NCBI GenBank assembly: GCA_964016885.1
Contig: OZ024759.1
Location: forward strand, 25,048,001 to 25,112,000
Length of the DNA: 64,000 bases
Direction of reading: 5' to 3'
DNA from: Eledone cirrhosa
Taxonomy: Eukaryota
Shown: in pieces, positions 37,101 through 49,985 of the stretch
Numbering within the stretch: the stretch's first letter is position 1
Layout: every line of letters starts with the position of its first letter
Position numbers and translations under genes: made by a program
The notes under the pieces: model-generated
The model's input: the letters and a program-made list of their open reading frames with translations, nothing else
Told to the model about the DNA's origin: nothing
Databases searched by the model: none

Positions 37101-37278
37101 GTGCAGAGCACTAGAAGTTGATGGAAACCGCGGAGTGGGGAGACCCAAGATGACTTGGGATGAGGTGATAAAAGCCGACCTTACCCAACTACACCTCGCA
37201 AAGTCAATGACACACGACCGTGACTTCTGGCGTCACGCAGTAATACAGGGTACCCGACCTCCCATGGGTACATGCTGA
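34159..37278 (+). CDS. RTE retrotransposon protein: AP endonuclease + reverse transcriptase with PHD finger (1039 aa)
   Basis: EN motifs TINVG, VQETRW, SAYAPQ, GDFNGHVG, QLDFIL, SQH. RT motifs NYRGIKL, QFGF, FVDLEKAFDRV, GVHQGSVLSPLLF, LYADD (YADD at 36316), FCYLG. C4HC3 finger at 36487-36618. RTE C-terminus RRLRWYGHV...GRPK.TW. No stops or frameshifts. Confidence 0.97.
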   Translation: MNLRATKHPREAPTQRPSPTSVDKCPKLRVGTINVGSMKGRAGEIVEMLERKEVDVCCVQETRWRGGSARVLVGKSQCYKFFWVGNDDGMGGVGILLADKWVDKVISVYRVNARIIKLRLVLNKTITTIISAYAPQSGLPDELKDRFYESLIHTTALTDDKDFLIIAGDFNGHVGKHCDGFNRVHGGHGVGTRNEEGFRLLEFCDANDMSICNTNFKKPDNHLITYRSGEHSSQLDFILIRGRDRWTVVNTKAFPSEECTSQHSLVVSDLTVRTRRALKQRPTWRRKIWKLKVPSTSNRFKDILLNAYDSKEEQIETFNVEENWEFLKNNLLEATDEVCGWSKTSSRRRVTWWWNNKVDEAVKAKRQAWKEWKNGGSRVHYIETKREARRQVYLARREAEDRKFKHVLQREDQKQEVFKIARQCVRDSCDVIGEKCIRNDKGELALTSAEKKDAWKSHYDRLLNEENAWEEETLPHVDPIEGPAVQVSGSVVSKAIRDMKIGKATGPSGIAAEMLKASGSVGHTITTRIVNQVILEGAIPKDWCSSIIVNCYKGKGDALDRGNYRGIKLMDQVMKVTERVIAQLIRDRVNIDEMQFGFVPGKGTTDALFLVRQLQEKYLAKSKPLYLAFVDLEKAFDRVPRAVIWWALRKLGVDEWLVKAVQAMYRGAVSKVRIGNEYSEEFSVQVGVHQGSVLSPLLFIIVLQAITEEFKTGCPWELLYADDLALIAESMVELENKFQTWKQGLERKGLKVNMTKTKVLISRRENRTQIPSGKWPCSVCRKGVGRNSILCPKCKQWVHKRCSGISGSLIKNVGFTCSSCAETASKQPQETSTTNLWEGPVETVDSFCYLGDRISNGGGCSESTITRVRTGWKKFRELLPLLAAKGFSLRMKGRLYDACIRTAMLHGSETWALKVEDLRRLERNEACMLRWMCNSNIRERQSINELRERLSIRGIKCCVQERRLRWYGHVMRMKDDSCIKRCRALEVDGNRGVGRPKMTWDEVIKADLTQLHLAKSMTHDRDFWRHAVIQGTRPPMGTC

Positions 37279-37589
37279 AGCATATAAACAATATGCCCCC
37301 CCCCCCACCGCAAGGTGGTCGTGGAGGTGCCACGGCAAAAAAGCACCCAGCCCACACTGTAAAGTGGACGTGTAGGCGCCACGAAAAAGCACCCAGCACT
37401 CACTGTAAATGAGGTTGGTGTTAGGAAGGGCATCCAGCTGTAGAAATCAAGCCAGATCAGTTCCTGTATGAGCAAGGCATGGTCAGCCGACCAGACACTG
37501 CCCACAACAGGACAACCCGTCTAACCCATGCTAGCGTGGAAGAACGGACGTAAAACGGTGATGATGATGATGATGATGATATATATTTA

Positions 37590-37663
<74 letters not shown>

Positions 37664-37671
37664 TATATATG

Positions 37672-37838
<167 letters not shown>

Positions 37839-38045
37839 AATCTCTCTCTCTTTATATATATAAAGTCTCTATCTGTCCAGCAATCTATCTATCTATCTAC
37901 CTATCTATCTATCTATCTAACTATCCCACCCGTCTATCTATCAAATAAAACAAACAAAATCAACTGAACATTCTTAATAGTAGCTCTTAACATTCTGTAA
38001 TAATTTAACAAAAAAATGTAATATTTATTGTGATACAATCATAAT

Positions 38046-38230
38046 TGTTTCTACTTTAGGCACAAGGCCAGCAATTACCCAGTGCATTACTGGTACTTTA
38101 TTTTATCGACCCCGTAAGGATGAAAGGCAAAGTCAACCTCGGCGGGATTTGAACTCAGATCGTAAAGGGACGTAACTATGCTGGAAAGCATGGCATCCGA
38201 CCCTCTACCGATACTGCCAATCCACCGCCT
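38046..38230 (-). mobile_element. Full-length SINE family B with 18-bp TSD
   Basis: TTGTGATACAATCATAAT at 38028-38045 and 38231-38248. A-box-like TGGCAGTATCGG and B box GAGTTCAAATCCC on the minus strand. Confidence 0.93.
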
Positions 38231-38249
38231 TTGTGATACAATCATAATG

Positions 38250-38785
38250 TTGTGATACAATCATAATGTTGTTTTGTACTTGTCAAGAATGTCTTGCTAA
38301 TGTGGTTTGTTAATTCAAATCTTTATAGTATCTTTAATAGTGGATAGATTATTGTGATCATTTGCAGTATTAGAGTAAAATCTTAAAAAATGTTATGTGA
38401 TGCAGTCATAGTGTTGTTTTGTACTTTACAAGAATGGTTTGTTAATATGGTTTGATGTGGTTTAATTCAAATGTTTATATTATCTTTACTTGTGGACAGG
38501 TTGTTGTGAAAATGTTCAGTATTCAAGTAAAAACTAATATTTTATGTGATGTAGTCATAGTGTTGTTTTGTACTTTCCAAGAATGTTTTGCTAATGTGGT
38601 TTCATGTGATTTGTTAATTCAAATGTTTATAGTAACTTTACTAATGGACAGATTGTGGTGAAAATTTGCAATATTAGAGTAAAGACATTAATCTTCAATG
38701 TGATGTAGTCATAGTGTTGTTTTTTACTTTTAAAAGATGTCTTGTAAATGTGATTACATGTGGTAGAGGACATTAAGAGTTAAAT
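38250..38785. repeat. About 150-bp satellite-like repeat, 3-4 units
   Basis: TGTGATGTAGTCATAGTGTTGTTTTGTACTTT...TTAATTCAAATGTTTATAG...GGACAGATTGT recurs. Confidence 0.85.
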
Positions 38786-39914
38786 GACAGAGATTTAGAT
38801 ATGTTACTCATTAAATATTTCTCTAGGTTGATGTAACTGTTTGCGAGATGATATTATTTCGCAAAAAAATAACAACAAAAAAACTAGACATGTCAACAAG
38901 TTTAAACATCAAAGATCAAACTGAAACAATGCAAACACAGAGAGAGATATTTGAACAGCTTGAGAAATCAAAAATTGGAGAAAATTGATCAGTTATGGGG
39001 TTAAAATTCAAACAAAAATACTGATTGATTATTTTCTACCTCTTCATTATATATATATATATATATAACCTTCAACAGTTCACTGAAAGGAGAAACAGCA
39101 AGTTAAACTCGTTACCAATAGCTCGCATCACTTGTAGGGGTTTATTATTATTATTATTTTTTTTATTTTTTGTCAATTTTCAATAGTTCAATAATTTCAA
39201 TTAATTAAAAGCTGTCAATAAACTCCAATAATTAGAGGTAATTATCAAATGATTAATTACATTTTGTGCTAGATTTTGATCTTTAACTTTGTTTTTTTTA
39301 ATCATTTTATTATGTTTGTATATGTATGTTTTTTCTGTTTTTTGTCTTTGATTAAAATTCAATATTTCATTCTGAACCAATGCTGTGTGACAAACAGTTC
39401 TCCTTAATCTCCACAAAATGTTGCACTATCGATTATTATTATTATCATTATTATTATTATTACTGTTACTATTATAATTATTATATTATGCTTATTATTA
39501 TATCATCATTATCCTTATCAGTATTATTATTATTACCATTCATGTTAACCCTTGTAGTGAATAAAGAAATTATATTATATTATATCTTTATCAGTATTAT
39601 CATTACTATCGTCATTATTATCATTATATTTTTTTAATAGAAAAGTTCAAATCAGCAAGATCTGTCTGCTGAAGGAATATTTCAACTGGCAATCATTAAT
39701 TCTGGAGGAAAAAAAAATAGGAATTAACTGAGGCAGAACCACATCGAAAAGTTCCATGAAATTGCATAAAAGTTTGGTGACCAACAACTACTAACAGTAA
39801 AAGTTTGGTGACCAACAACTACTAACAGTAAAAGTTTGGTGACCAGACCAACAATAACGACATTGATCAAATTCTACAAGATCCCAGACCACATTTCACT
39901 CACCGTGTGGGTTG

Positions 39915-40322
39915 GTCACAACACCTGGCAGAAGAAAGGAACTGATCATCAGATCAGATCAAGGAAACAATGTTTCCAATGGTTTTTCATTGCTGATATT
40001 ATCTGTTTGTCACAACTTCTGGCAGAAAGAAGGAACTGATCATCAGATCAGATCAAGGAAGCAATGTTTCCAATGGTTTTTTTTCATTGCTGATACTATC
40101 TGTCAGTCACAACTATTGGTAGAAAAAAGAAGGAACTGATCATCAGATAGATGTTAGATCAAACCAAGGAAACAATGTTTCCATTGGTCTTTCCATTGTT
40201 AATACTATCTGTTTGTCACAACTTCTGGCAGAAGGAAGGAACTGATCATCAGATCAAGGAAGCAGTGTTTCCATTGGTCTTTCTATTACTGATATTACCT
40301 TTTGGTCACAACTCCTGGCAAA
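39915..40322. repeat. About 95-bp tandem repeat, 4-5 units
   Basis: GTCACAACTTCTGGCAGAA..GAAGGAACTGATCATCAGATC...AAGGAAACAATGTTTCCA; partly homologous to the reverse complement of the type c SINE tail. Confidence 0.85.
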
Positions 40323-40483
40323 AATAGGAACATGAAATAAACGTGGCAAATTGGCAGGAAGAATGCTTTGCAGTATTAGTACTAGCTCTCTGTTCCCTGT
40401 GTTCAAACCTTGCCAAGGTCAACTTTGCCTTCCATCTTTTCAAACTTGATAAAAAAGCACCAGTTGAGTACCGGGGTCGATTC

Positions 40484-40564
<81 letters not shown>

Positions 40565-40569
<5 letters not shown>

Positions 40570-41160
40570 TTCCATTCTCTTATTCTTTCTCTCTCCTTCT
40601 CGGGAAGAAATTTGCTGTATTCAGACTTTGAAAGGAGATGGGCTCCGCCAGGTTTAAAAATGCCATAGAAATGCCATATGTCAATATGCCACCTTAACAA
40701 CTCCCTAGGGAGTTACAGTTCCTTACCATACATATCTTTCTCACTTCCATTATCTCACGATCTGAGTTCAAATCCCGCCGAAGTTGACTTTGCCTTTCAT
40801 CCTTATGGGGTTGATAAAATAAAGTACCAGTAATGCACTGGGTAATTGCTGGCCTTGTGCCTAAAGTAGAAACAATTATCTCACTTACTCTATTCTTCCC
40901 TGAAAGAAATCTGCTGTAAGATGGGCTCCACCAGGTTTTAAAATGCCATATGTCAATATGCCACCCCAACAACTCCCTAGGGAGTTACAGTACCATATAT
41001 ATCTTTCTCACTTCTATTATCTCACTTTCTCTATTTTTCCCTGAAAGAAATCTGCTGTATTCAGACTTCAAGAGGAGATGGTTCCACCAGGTTTTAAAAA
41101 GCCCTGGAAACACCATATGTCAATATGGCACCACTAAGACTCCATTAGAAGTTACAAATC
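40565..41160. repeat. Three diverged units of about 150-180 bp, interrupted by a SINE B (40758-40875)
   Basis: AGAAAT(T/C)TGCTGTA...CCAGGTTT...CCATATGTCAATATG recurs three times; ATTATCTCAC flanks the SINE on both sides. Confidence 0.8.
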
Positions 41161-41306
41161 TATACATATATATGTAGATAGATGAACATTAAACAACAGA
41201 TGTAGGGAAACAATGTAGTGTTTGAGAGGAAGTTTCAGTCTGGACAATCATGTGACAAACTCTTTAATGCTAGTACCACAATACAACACACCCATTCTAC
41301 ATAGAA

Positions 41307-41363
<57 letters not shown>

Positions 41364-42227
41364 TTGGTCAAATATTTACACATCCACCATCTGTTCCACA
41401 ACTGTTACAATGTTTGATAACCAAAGCTAGGTAAACATCAGCGTTTGTGTTAAAATAGTTTTCTTTTCATTGAAAAACAACTATAACAAAAAGACAAAAT
41501 AAAAAACCAAAAAAATGGTTCCAGCTAATATTTAAAAAAATAATAATTAACAAATCCAGATGGCAAAAGAACTACAAGACAAAACGTTTGGAAAAACACA
41601 AGAACTGGGACAAACAAACAGATAAAAAGAAATGAAAAGAAACCATAAGATAATGGCGCCACAGTCTAAAGAAAACAATGAAATGTCTTTGTTTTCAGTC
41701 AGTAAAAATCATGGAATTGTCAATAATTCCCCAGTTGGTTAAATCTATTTTGAAGCCAGCGAATTAGGAAAATATTGCAGACCAAGTCAGATATAATAAG
41801 TCAGTAGAAATATAATGGTGGATGGCACGAGAGTAAACAATTGTGTTGTTTAGTTGTTTCATAAGAATAGGAAAAATCTATTTTGCATTAATGGGTAAAA
41901 CAATGAATAAACTTTACATGACCAATATGGTGGTGTGGTGTTGTGCTGTGTAGTATGCTGTTGTGTTGTATTGTATGGTGTGGTGTGGTGTGTTGTGTTG
42001 CATTGTATGGTATGGTGCTGTGTTATGTTGTGTGGTGTTATGTTGTGTTGTATGGTGTTGTGTGGTATGGTATGGTGTTGTGTTCTGTTGTGTTGTATTT
42101 TTACAAGTTCAGTATAGAGCACATTTTATGAGTCAGCCAAGGAATCTTTATGCATATGCTTGATCTCCAAGAAATAGAAGCTTAATGTCCAATAAATCAC
42201 AACATACATCACCAAATGATTTGAAAA

Positions 42228-42552
42228 TCATAAAGTGTCTTTCATTAGAAATATGGAAATGAAAGGCTTAATAACATAGACAATATTTTTCATTAGAAAT
42301 ATACTAATAAAAGGGTTAATGACATAAACAATGTCTTTCATTAGAAATATACTAATAAACTGGTTAATGACATAAACAGTGTCTTTCATTAGAAATATGG
42401 TAATGAAAGGATTAATGACATAAACAGTGTCTTTCATTAGAAATATGGTAATGAAAGGGTTAATGAAATAGACAGTATCTTTCATTAGAAATATGGTAAT
42501 TGAAGGGTTAATGATTTAAACAGTGTCTTTCATTAGAAATATGGTAATGACA
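42228..42552. repeat. 48-bp minisatellite
   Basis: Unit GACATAAACAGTGTCTTTCATTAGAAATATGGTAATGAAAGGGTTAAT. Confidence 0.92.
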
Positions 42553-42739
42553 TTAATAACCCAGGACCTTGTTATTGTAGCAACACAACTGAGATAGGAA
42601 ATACATCAAAGAAGTACTTAATACTTTAGTAGTTTATAGGTATACTTATGTTATCATTAAGGACTTTCTTGATGATCTCTTATGAGTGAAACAGTTCTAG
42701 TTCTGTAGAAGTCATTTCTATAGTTATATATATATATAT

Positions 42740-42961
42740 AACGAGGGAGGTGTGATAAGGAACCAGATGGACCATAACGCACCAGAGTACTCAATACTTA
42801 GGGTAGTAGAGTGGGTAATAGGAAAATGTTTGACCCCGACAGCAGAGCTCAAGCCGTTTCGACGGCTATTTCTGAATCAGAGTGCAGTACAGTAGTGAAA
42901 TAGTTGACTGTAATATGGTCCAGAAATAGGCTTGAGCTCTGCCGTCGAGGTCAAACATTTT

Positions 42962-42967
<6 letters not shown>
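42740..42967. mobile_element. Asymmetric palindromic element (opposite orientation to the 15741 copy)
   Basis: Leader, then arms ATAGGAAAATGTTTGACCCCGACAGCAGAGCTCAAGCC / GGCTTGAGCTCTGCCGTCGAGGTCAAACATTTTCCTAT with a longer loop; in (TA)n. Confidence 0.75.
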
Positions 42968-43054
<87 letters not shown>

Positions 43055-43133
43055 ACATACATACACACACTTGTATACAAACATATATAGATGAGAGATA
43101 CACATGCACACACACACACATTTGTAGAGAAAC

Positions 43134-43192
<59 letters not shown>

Positions 43193-43935
43193 CACGCACA
43201 CACACACACAAACATTTATATACAAATGGAATAGACATGAAAGAAAAAAAGAGAGAGAGATAAACAAAAAAACTATTCGTTTTTCTAGTATTTAGTGCGA
43301 GTGTTGTGATAGTTGTAAAGCCTCTTCAGTCTTCACACTACACAAATATTACCATTCTCTTCATATCAAACAAATATTTGACTTTTACACCCTCATATAT
43401 ATTTTTGTTATTCTTCTTTCTCTTCTTCTTCTGCCTCCTAACCCTCCTCCCGCTTCTGCCTCCTCTTCATCATTCAGAAACAAATAATTCCTCTTCACTA
43501 CACACACACACATAGAGGTACACACACATAAACAGCTGTGTGTGCACACATGCATACAGACATAGACAGACAAACAGACACAGGTACACATGAATACACA
43601 CACATACAGACACACACAAACACATACATACATTTCCACATGCACACATTCCAATCACAAACACCTATTTACTCTCGTATATAGCATTCACTCACACACA
43701 TACACATACATTCCTGTCTAGATCATTCATACACAGATTCTCCATCACTTTAACACATACACACACACACACATGTATATATATATATATACTCATGATT
43801 ATACAGATACACATACCTGCATAACCACATGCACACATACGCAAACATATATATACATTACTTTCACAGAACACACACAGATACATACACCACCTCCACA
43901 AATCACCCCCATCACACTCCAACACACACACACAC

Positions 43936-43990
<55 letters not shown>

Positions 43991-44773
43991 CACACCACAT
44001 TCACTATCCCCCTCTACAGAACACACACATATATATACACCACCTCCATAGAATCACCCCCACCCCATGCCAAGACACACACACACACACACACACACAC
44101 CATCACACACACACATATATACACACCACCTCCTCAGAATTACCTCCACCCCATGCCAAGAAACACACACATATATACACTACATCCACAGAACACTCAC
44201 CAACATACACACACACACACACCAACATACACACACACCAACACACACCAACATACACACACACCAACACACACCAACATACACACACACACACCAACAC
44301 ACACATCTGTATGTTCCAAGGTTTATTTACATTGAATGTGTGTTCAAAAATCAATAACTTAATTTCTGTGTAAAGAGACAGGAAGTTTGAAGAGATTCCT
44401 CACAGTTTATAGAAAATACTTAACAATTTCCTGTACAAACAGAATTATAGGAGGAATTTACACAAGGAATATGGACACTGTTCTAAAAGTCTCTTGTACT
44501 CTACTGGATCAGAGACATGGCTGGGTCATAGACATGGGAACATTTCCCTGTAGTCTCTTGTACACACACACAGGAAAGCTTCTCTTGTACTCTACTGGGT
44601 CATAGATATAGAGGAAACTTCTCTTGTACCCAGTGGTACTCTACTAGAAAACCTCCCTAAACACACACATATGTATATATTTATATATACATACACATAT
44701 CCATACCTACACACACATACATACATACATACATATATGCTAGCGTGGAAGAACGGACGTAAAACGGTGATGA

Positions 44774-44809
<36 letters not shown>

Positions 44810-45052
44810 GGTGTTGGATGCTTAAAGCGTCCGTATGCGGTAGGCCATTTGAGCACTCGATGCTCTCATAGAGCAGAGTATGATATCACAGAAAATCTGC
44901 TTCGTAGAATCAAGACGTATCTGAGGACCTTGCGATTTTCAGAGTCAGGTTCGATCATCACATCAATCGTGCCTCGAGCTGATCGCCGGAGAAATGATTG
45001 TAATATGTCCAATAAATTCCTTTCATTGCAACACTGATTCTCTTTTTTTTCT

Positions 45053-45505
<453 letters not shown>

Positions 45506-45605
45506 ATATATATAGACACATGCATATATACATGTTACATATAAATCGGTCCTAAGAAGCAGGCAAAAGCTTGTACGAAAGGCGCTGGATCCATTGTCCG
45601 TTTGG

Positions 45606-45665
<60 letters not shown>

Positions 45666-46159
45666 TTTATATATACACACACATTTATATATATATACGC
45701 ACATTTATATACACACACACACGCACACACATATAATATATATATATATATACACGCACACAGAAAACACATATATATGCAGACATATATATATATGTTA
45801 TATACATAGAAAAATCTGGCAAACACACAGAGACAGACAGACACATACAGACAGACAGACAGACAGACATATATCTCCACATGGAAACAGAGCCAACACA
45901 ATCCAGTAGTATACCTAAGTTGTTGGTTTATAGCTTGTTTATGTTATTTCATGTTCCACATCTCAGAATAGTAAATGTCTTTACAGGAAAACACTAACAA
46001 CTAACCACTAATAACATATAAAACTAAACAAAAACACAAGACAGGAATACTGAAATATGAATACATTTTTATGATATATTTCTAAACAGAAAACTATATG
46101 TACATGATATGGCGGGTGTGATGGCGCGGAACTAACTATTTATGTGCATACACACAAAC

Positions 46160-46273
<114 letters not shown>

Positions 46274-46486
46274 ACACGGGCGTGTATGATTGTGTATAGA
46301 AGATTATATTAATAAAAGGAATTCCAACTTTGTCTGATTTACTCATTTTATTTACAATCCTTTAAAATTTATAATGGTATTAGAATGAAATAGTATGGTA
46401 GAATATTAAATGTTAAGTGTTAATTGAACAAGGACTTTCATGCTTTCGCAATCTTCACGTTCATAATGTGTGGTAACAGTCAAGTT

Positions 46487-46522
<36 letters not shown>

Positions 46523-47161
46523 TGTAAGTACATATACATATATATATGTACTTACACTGATTCATATATAAAAGTACATAAATACACATAAATGTGTATA
46601 TACATATATATAAGGTGACCAGTTTGTATGTATATCTATATATATGTATATATACATATGTGTACACATACATGTATACATATGTGCATACATAAATACA
46701 TAGATATACATATATGCCCACAAGCATATATATATATTATATATATATATATATATATACCATATTATTCTGTCTATTGCGTGATTTCATACATGCATGG
46801 GTACACACAGTCACACATACATACATATGTGCATGTATGGACACACACACACAAAGGCACAACTATGCATGCATACACACACACAGAAACACACACATAT
46901 AAACATACATAGTATGCAGGTGTTCAGTTATAAATTCTATGCTAAATGTTATAAAGCTGATAGTTCAGTATATTTCTAGAAAGAATTGATTTTAAAGTAA
47001 ATCCTAAACTGAAATCTGGGGATCTAGAACGAAATCTGAAACATGTCTTAACAACAGGGATTCCATTCTCAGCTTACATTTACCAAAAATTGCAAGAAAA
47101 CTGAGCGTGGCATAGAATTACTTGAACATATGAGAAGACAGTATTTTTTTGTTTTTATATA

Positions 47162-47370
47162 TATCCTATATACTTGAATATAAGGCAAGGAATATGTGAC
47201 CAAAAAATCGATGGTAGAAGGAGGTTAGCTTATATTTGGAGCCAATATTTTGAGGATTTTCACCAACTTCAAATCCTAAATAAATAAGGCTTGGATTTTT
47301 GCCCATTTCTCAAACATAATAGTGGAATCAGCTTATATTTGTACTGGCTTATATTTGAGTATATGTGGTA
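47162..47370. mobile_element. Tc1/mariner(pogo)-type MITE, diverged
   Basis: Left TA-TCCTATATACTTGAATATAAGGC and right GCTTATATTTGAGTATATGTGG-TA form imperfect TIRs between TA dinucleotides. Confidence 0.55.
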
Positions 47371-47577
47371 TATCATCATCATCATCATCGTTTAATGTCT
47401 ATTTTTCTAAGCTTGCATGGGTTAGATGGGTTGTAAAGTTACGAGACAAGTGAAGTCTGGAGACCACATCTTGCTCATACAGATCTGTATTTTGACTTGG
47501 TTTCTTTGGCTGGATGTTCTTCCTAATACCATATATATATATATATATATATACTGTATATATATACATGCTCTCAT

Positions 47578-48103
47578 GAAAGCACGTAGATTAGTGGCTA
47601 GAGGACTGGATTTGCAATCAGAAGGTTGTGAGCTCGATTCCCGGATGGGGTGATGCTTTATGTCTTTGAACAAAACACTTTATTTCATGTTGCTCCTTCT
47701 GCCAGGAGTTGTGACCAGTAGATAGTATCAGCAATTGGAAAGACTAACAGAAACATTGTTTCCTTGGTCCGATTTGATGAATTCCACTCTGCTCAGTAAG
47801 CAAATGAGGTCTGGGATCTTGTCGGTGGCTTTTCTCCCATATATGCTCTCCCTGAAATTGAGAAACAATTTTGATCTGAATCGACAAGATCCCAGATGTC
47901 ATTTTCTTACTAAGTGGGGTGAAGCTCATCAAATCAGACCAAGGAATCAACGTTTCCATTGGTCTTTCCAATTGCTAATAATATCTACTGGTTGCAACTG
48001 TGGCAGAAAGAGAAATGTGAAATAAAGTGTCTTACTGAAGGATATAACATACCTCCTGGCCCAGGAATCAAACTCACAACCTCACAATTGCAAATCCAAT
48101 TCT
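47578..48103. mobile_element. Tail-to-tail pair of family A (type c) SINEs
   Basis: Plus copy 47578-47825 and minus copy 47881-48103 form an imperfect inverted repeat. Confidence 0.75.
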
Positions 48104-48239
48104 TGTTTTTATCCGACACAAACATTATTTTTCATAGTAATAGTTTAATTGCATTTGAGACTTTCTGATAAGCATAGAATTAAAATCTGATAAAACTTTA
48201 GGACAGACATCTGAGAGCTTTTTATTTTTATTATTATTA

Positions 48240-48651
48240 TACGTCTTCGGTGATGCCCTGATTGACTTTTTCAAATTTCATTTGAAAAGGAAAATCAGAG
48301 TAGAGAGGGAAGTGCTCTCTTCCCAGCATTTTGTTGAAAGATGGGTGAGAGAAGCAAGAATGGCCCGAGTGAATGGGCCTACTCTGTGTATGTGTCTGTA
48401 AATTAAAGGTGGAAAACTGGGAGAGGGCACTTGCCTTGGTGGTCAGGGTCACTGTGGCCTTTTAATGGGCTTTCTCCACAAATGTCCCTCCGAAGTCTCC
48501 CCCCTATTGGGGGATTTTTCATTGTTATTTTTTTGTTACATCCTCTGTTTTTGTTTTTTACACGCAGAAATGCCCATTTGTACCATCCTGTATTGTCCTG
48601 CACTGTCCTTAATGTCTACTTTATGTAAACCCTTGTGGTTAATAAAGAAAT
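48240..48651 (+). mobile_element. L1/Tx1-like LINE 3' fragment
   Basis: LIDFFKFHLKRKIRVEREVLSSQHFVERWVREARMARVNGPTLCMCL* is homologous to the 10890-11040 minus-strand C-terminus; ends CCCTTGTGGTTAATAAAGAAAT into (ATT)n. Confidence 0.82.
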
Positions 48652-48662
48652 CATTATTATTA

Positions 48663-48694
<32 letters not shown>

Positions 48695-49090
48695 GGCACT
48701 ATTGGTAGAGCGTCAGACAACATGCTTTGTGGCATATAGTTACGGCCCTTTGTGTTCTGGGTTCAAATCACGCTGAGATTAGCTTTGCCTTTCATCTTAA
48801 GAGGTTGATAGAATAAAATACAAGTAGCACACTGGGGTTGATTTAATCGACTTCCCCCTCCCCCCAAATTGTTGGCCTTGTGCCTAAGTCAGAAACCATT
48901 ATTATTATTTTGGCAGTATCGGTAGAGGGTTGGACGCCATGCTTTCTAGCACAGTTACGTCTCTTTACAGTCTGAGTTCAAATCCCGCCGAGGATAACTT
49001 TGCCTTTCATCCTTACGGGGTCGATAAAATAAAGTACCAGTAATGTACTGGATAATTGCTGGCCTTGTGCCTAAACTAGAAACAATTATT
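48695..49090 (+). mobile_element. Two tandem SINE B copies (long form then short form)
   Basis: 48695-48900 carries the GGGGTTGATTTAATCGACTTCCCCCTCCCCC insert; 48911-49088 lacks it. Confidence 0.85.
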
Positions 49091-49649
49091 ATTATTATCA
49101 TTATTATTAAGACATATATAATTTCTACTTGGAACAAGTGAAATTTTCCAATAATAATTACTGTACAACCATTGGTGTTGATTTAATCAACTACACCTTG
49201 TCTTCCCAAACCCCACCACCACCAGTACACACCACACCCAATGTGTATGGCCTTACAATGTCACTCCCACCACCACACCACACCCAATATGTATGGCCTT
49301 ATAATGTATACCCACCACACCCAGCGTGTATGGTCTTAAGCCAACATAAGAACTCATTACTACAGAGCTGGAGAAGGAGGAGAAGAAAAAGAAGAAAACA
49401 GAAGAGAAGAGAAGAAAAAGGTAGAAGAGGAGAAGTAGAGAAAGGAAAGGAGAAGAAGGCAAAGAAAAGGGGAGGAGAAAAAGGTGAAGAAAAAGAAAGA
49501 GGGTGTATTTCTGTGATGTCTGATGTAATGTAGATGAAAGCTTAGCTTGACTTCTTGGTACAGCAAACAATATGAGTTAGATAGGTCGTACAGTTGTACT
49601 GGAATGTTTAGCAAGAGAAAGAAACACAAGAGATATGGTGAATAACAGG

Positions 49650-49985
49650 AAACTATGAACAGATCAGACATATAAATAAACTGTCAACTATGAACACATC
49701 AGAGATATAAATAAATTGTCAACTATGAACACATCAGAGATATAAATAAACTGTCAACTATGAACAGATCAGAGATATAAATAAATGGTTAACTATGAAC
49801 AGATCAGACATATAGATAAACCGTCAACTAACAGGAAACTATGAACAGAGCAGACATAAATAAACCACCAACTAACAGGAAACTGTGAACAGATCGAACA
49901 TATAAATAAACTGTCAACTATGAACAGAGCAGACATATAAATAAATGGTTAACTATGAACAGATCAGACATATAAATAAACTGTC
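49650..49985. repeat. About 35-bp minisatellite
   Basis: Unit AACTATGAACAGATCAGACATATAAATAAACTGTC. Confidence 0.9.

Larger units (their letters stand above)
32713..37580 (+). mobile_element. Apparently full-length RTE-clade LINE (5' boundary uncertain)
   Basis: Intact EN-RT ORF, about 300-bp 3' UTR ending CCCATGCTAGCGTGGAAGAACGGACGTAAAACG-(GAT)n, embedded between (TA)n arrays. Confidence 0.85.

Noticed and set aside
36033-37148. Antisense ORFs of 209 and 148 aa
   Set aside because: Shadow frames of the RTE ORF with no recognisable motifs.
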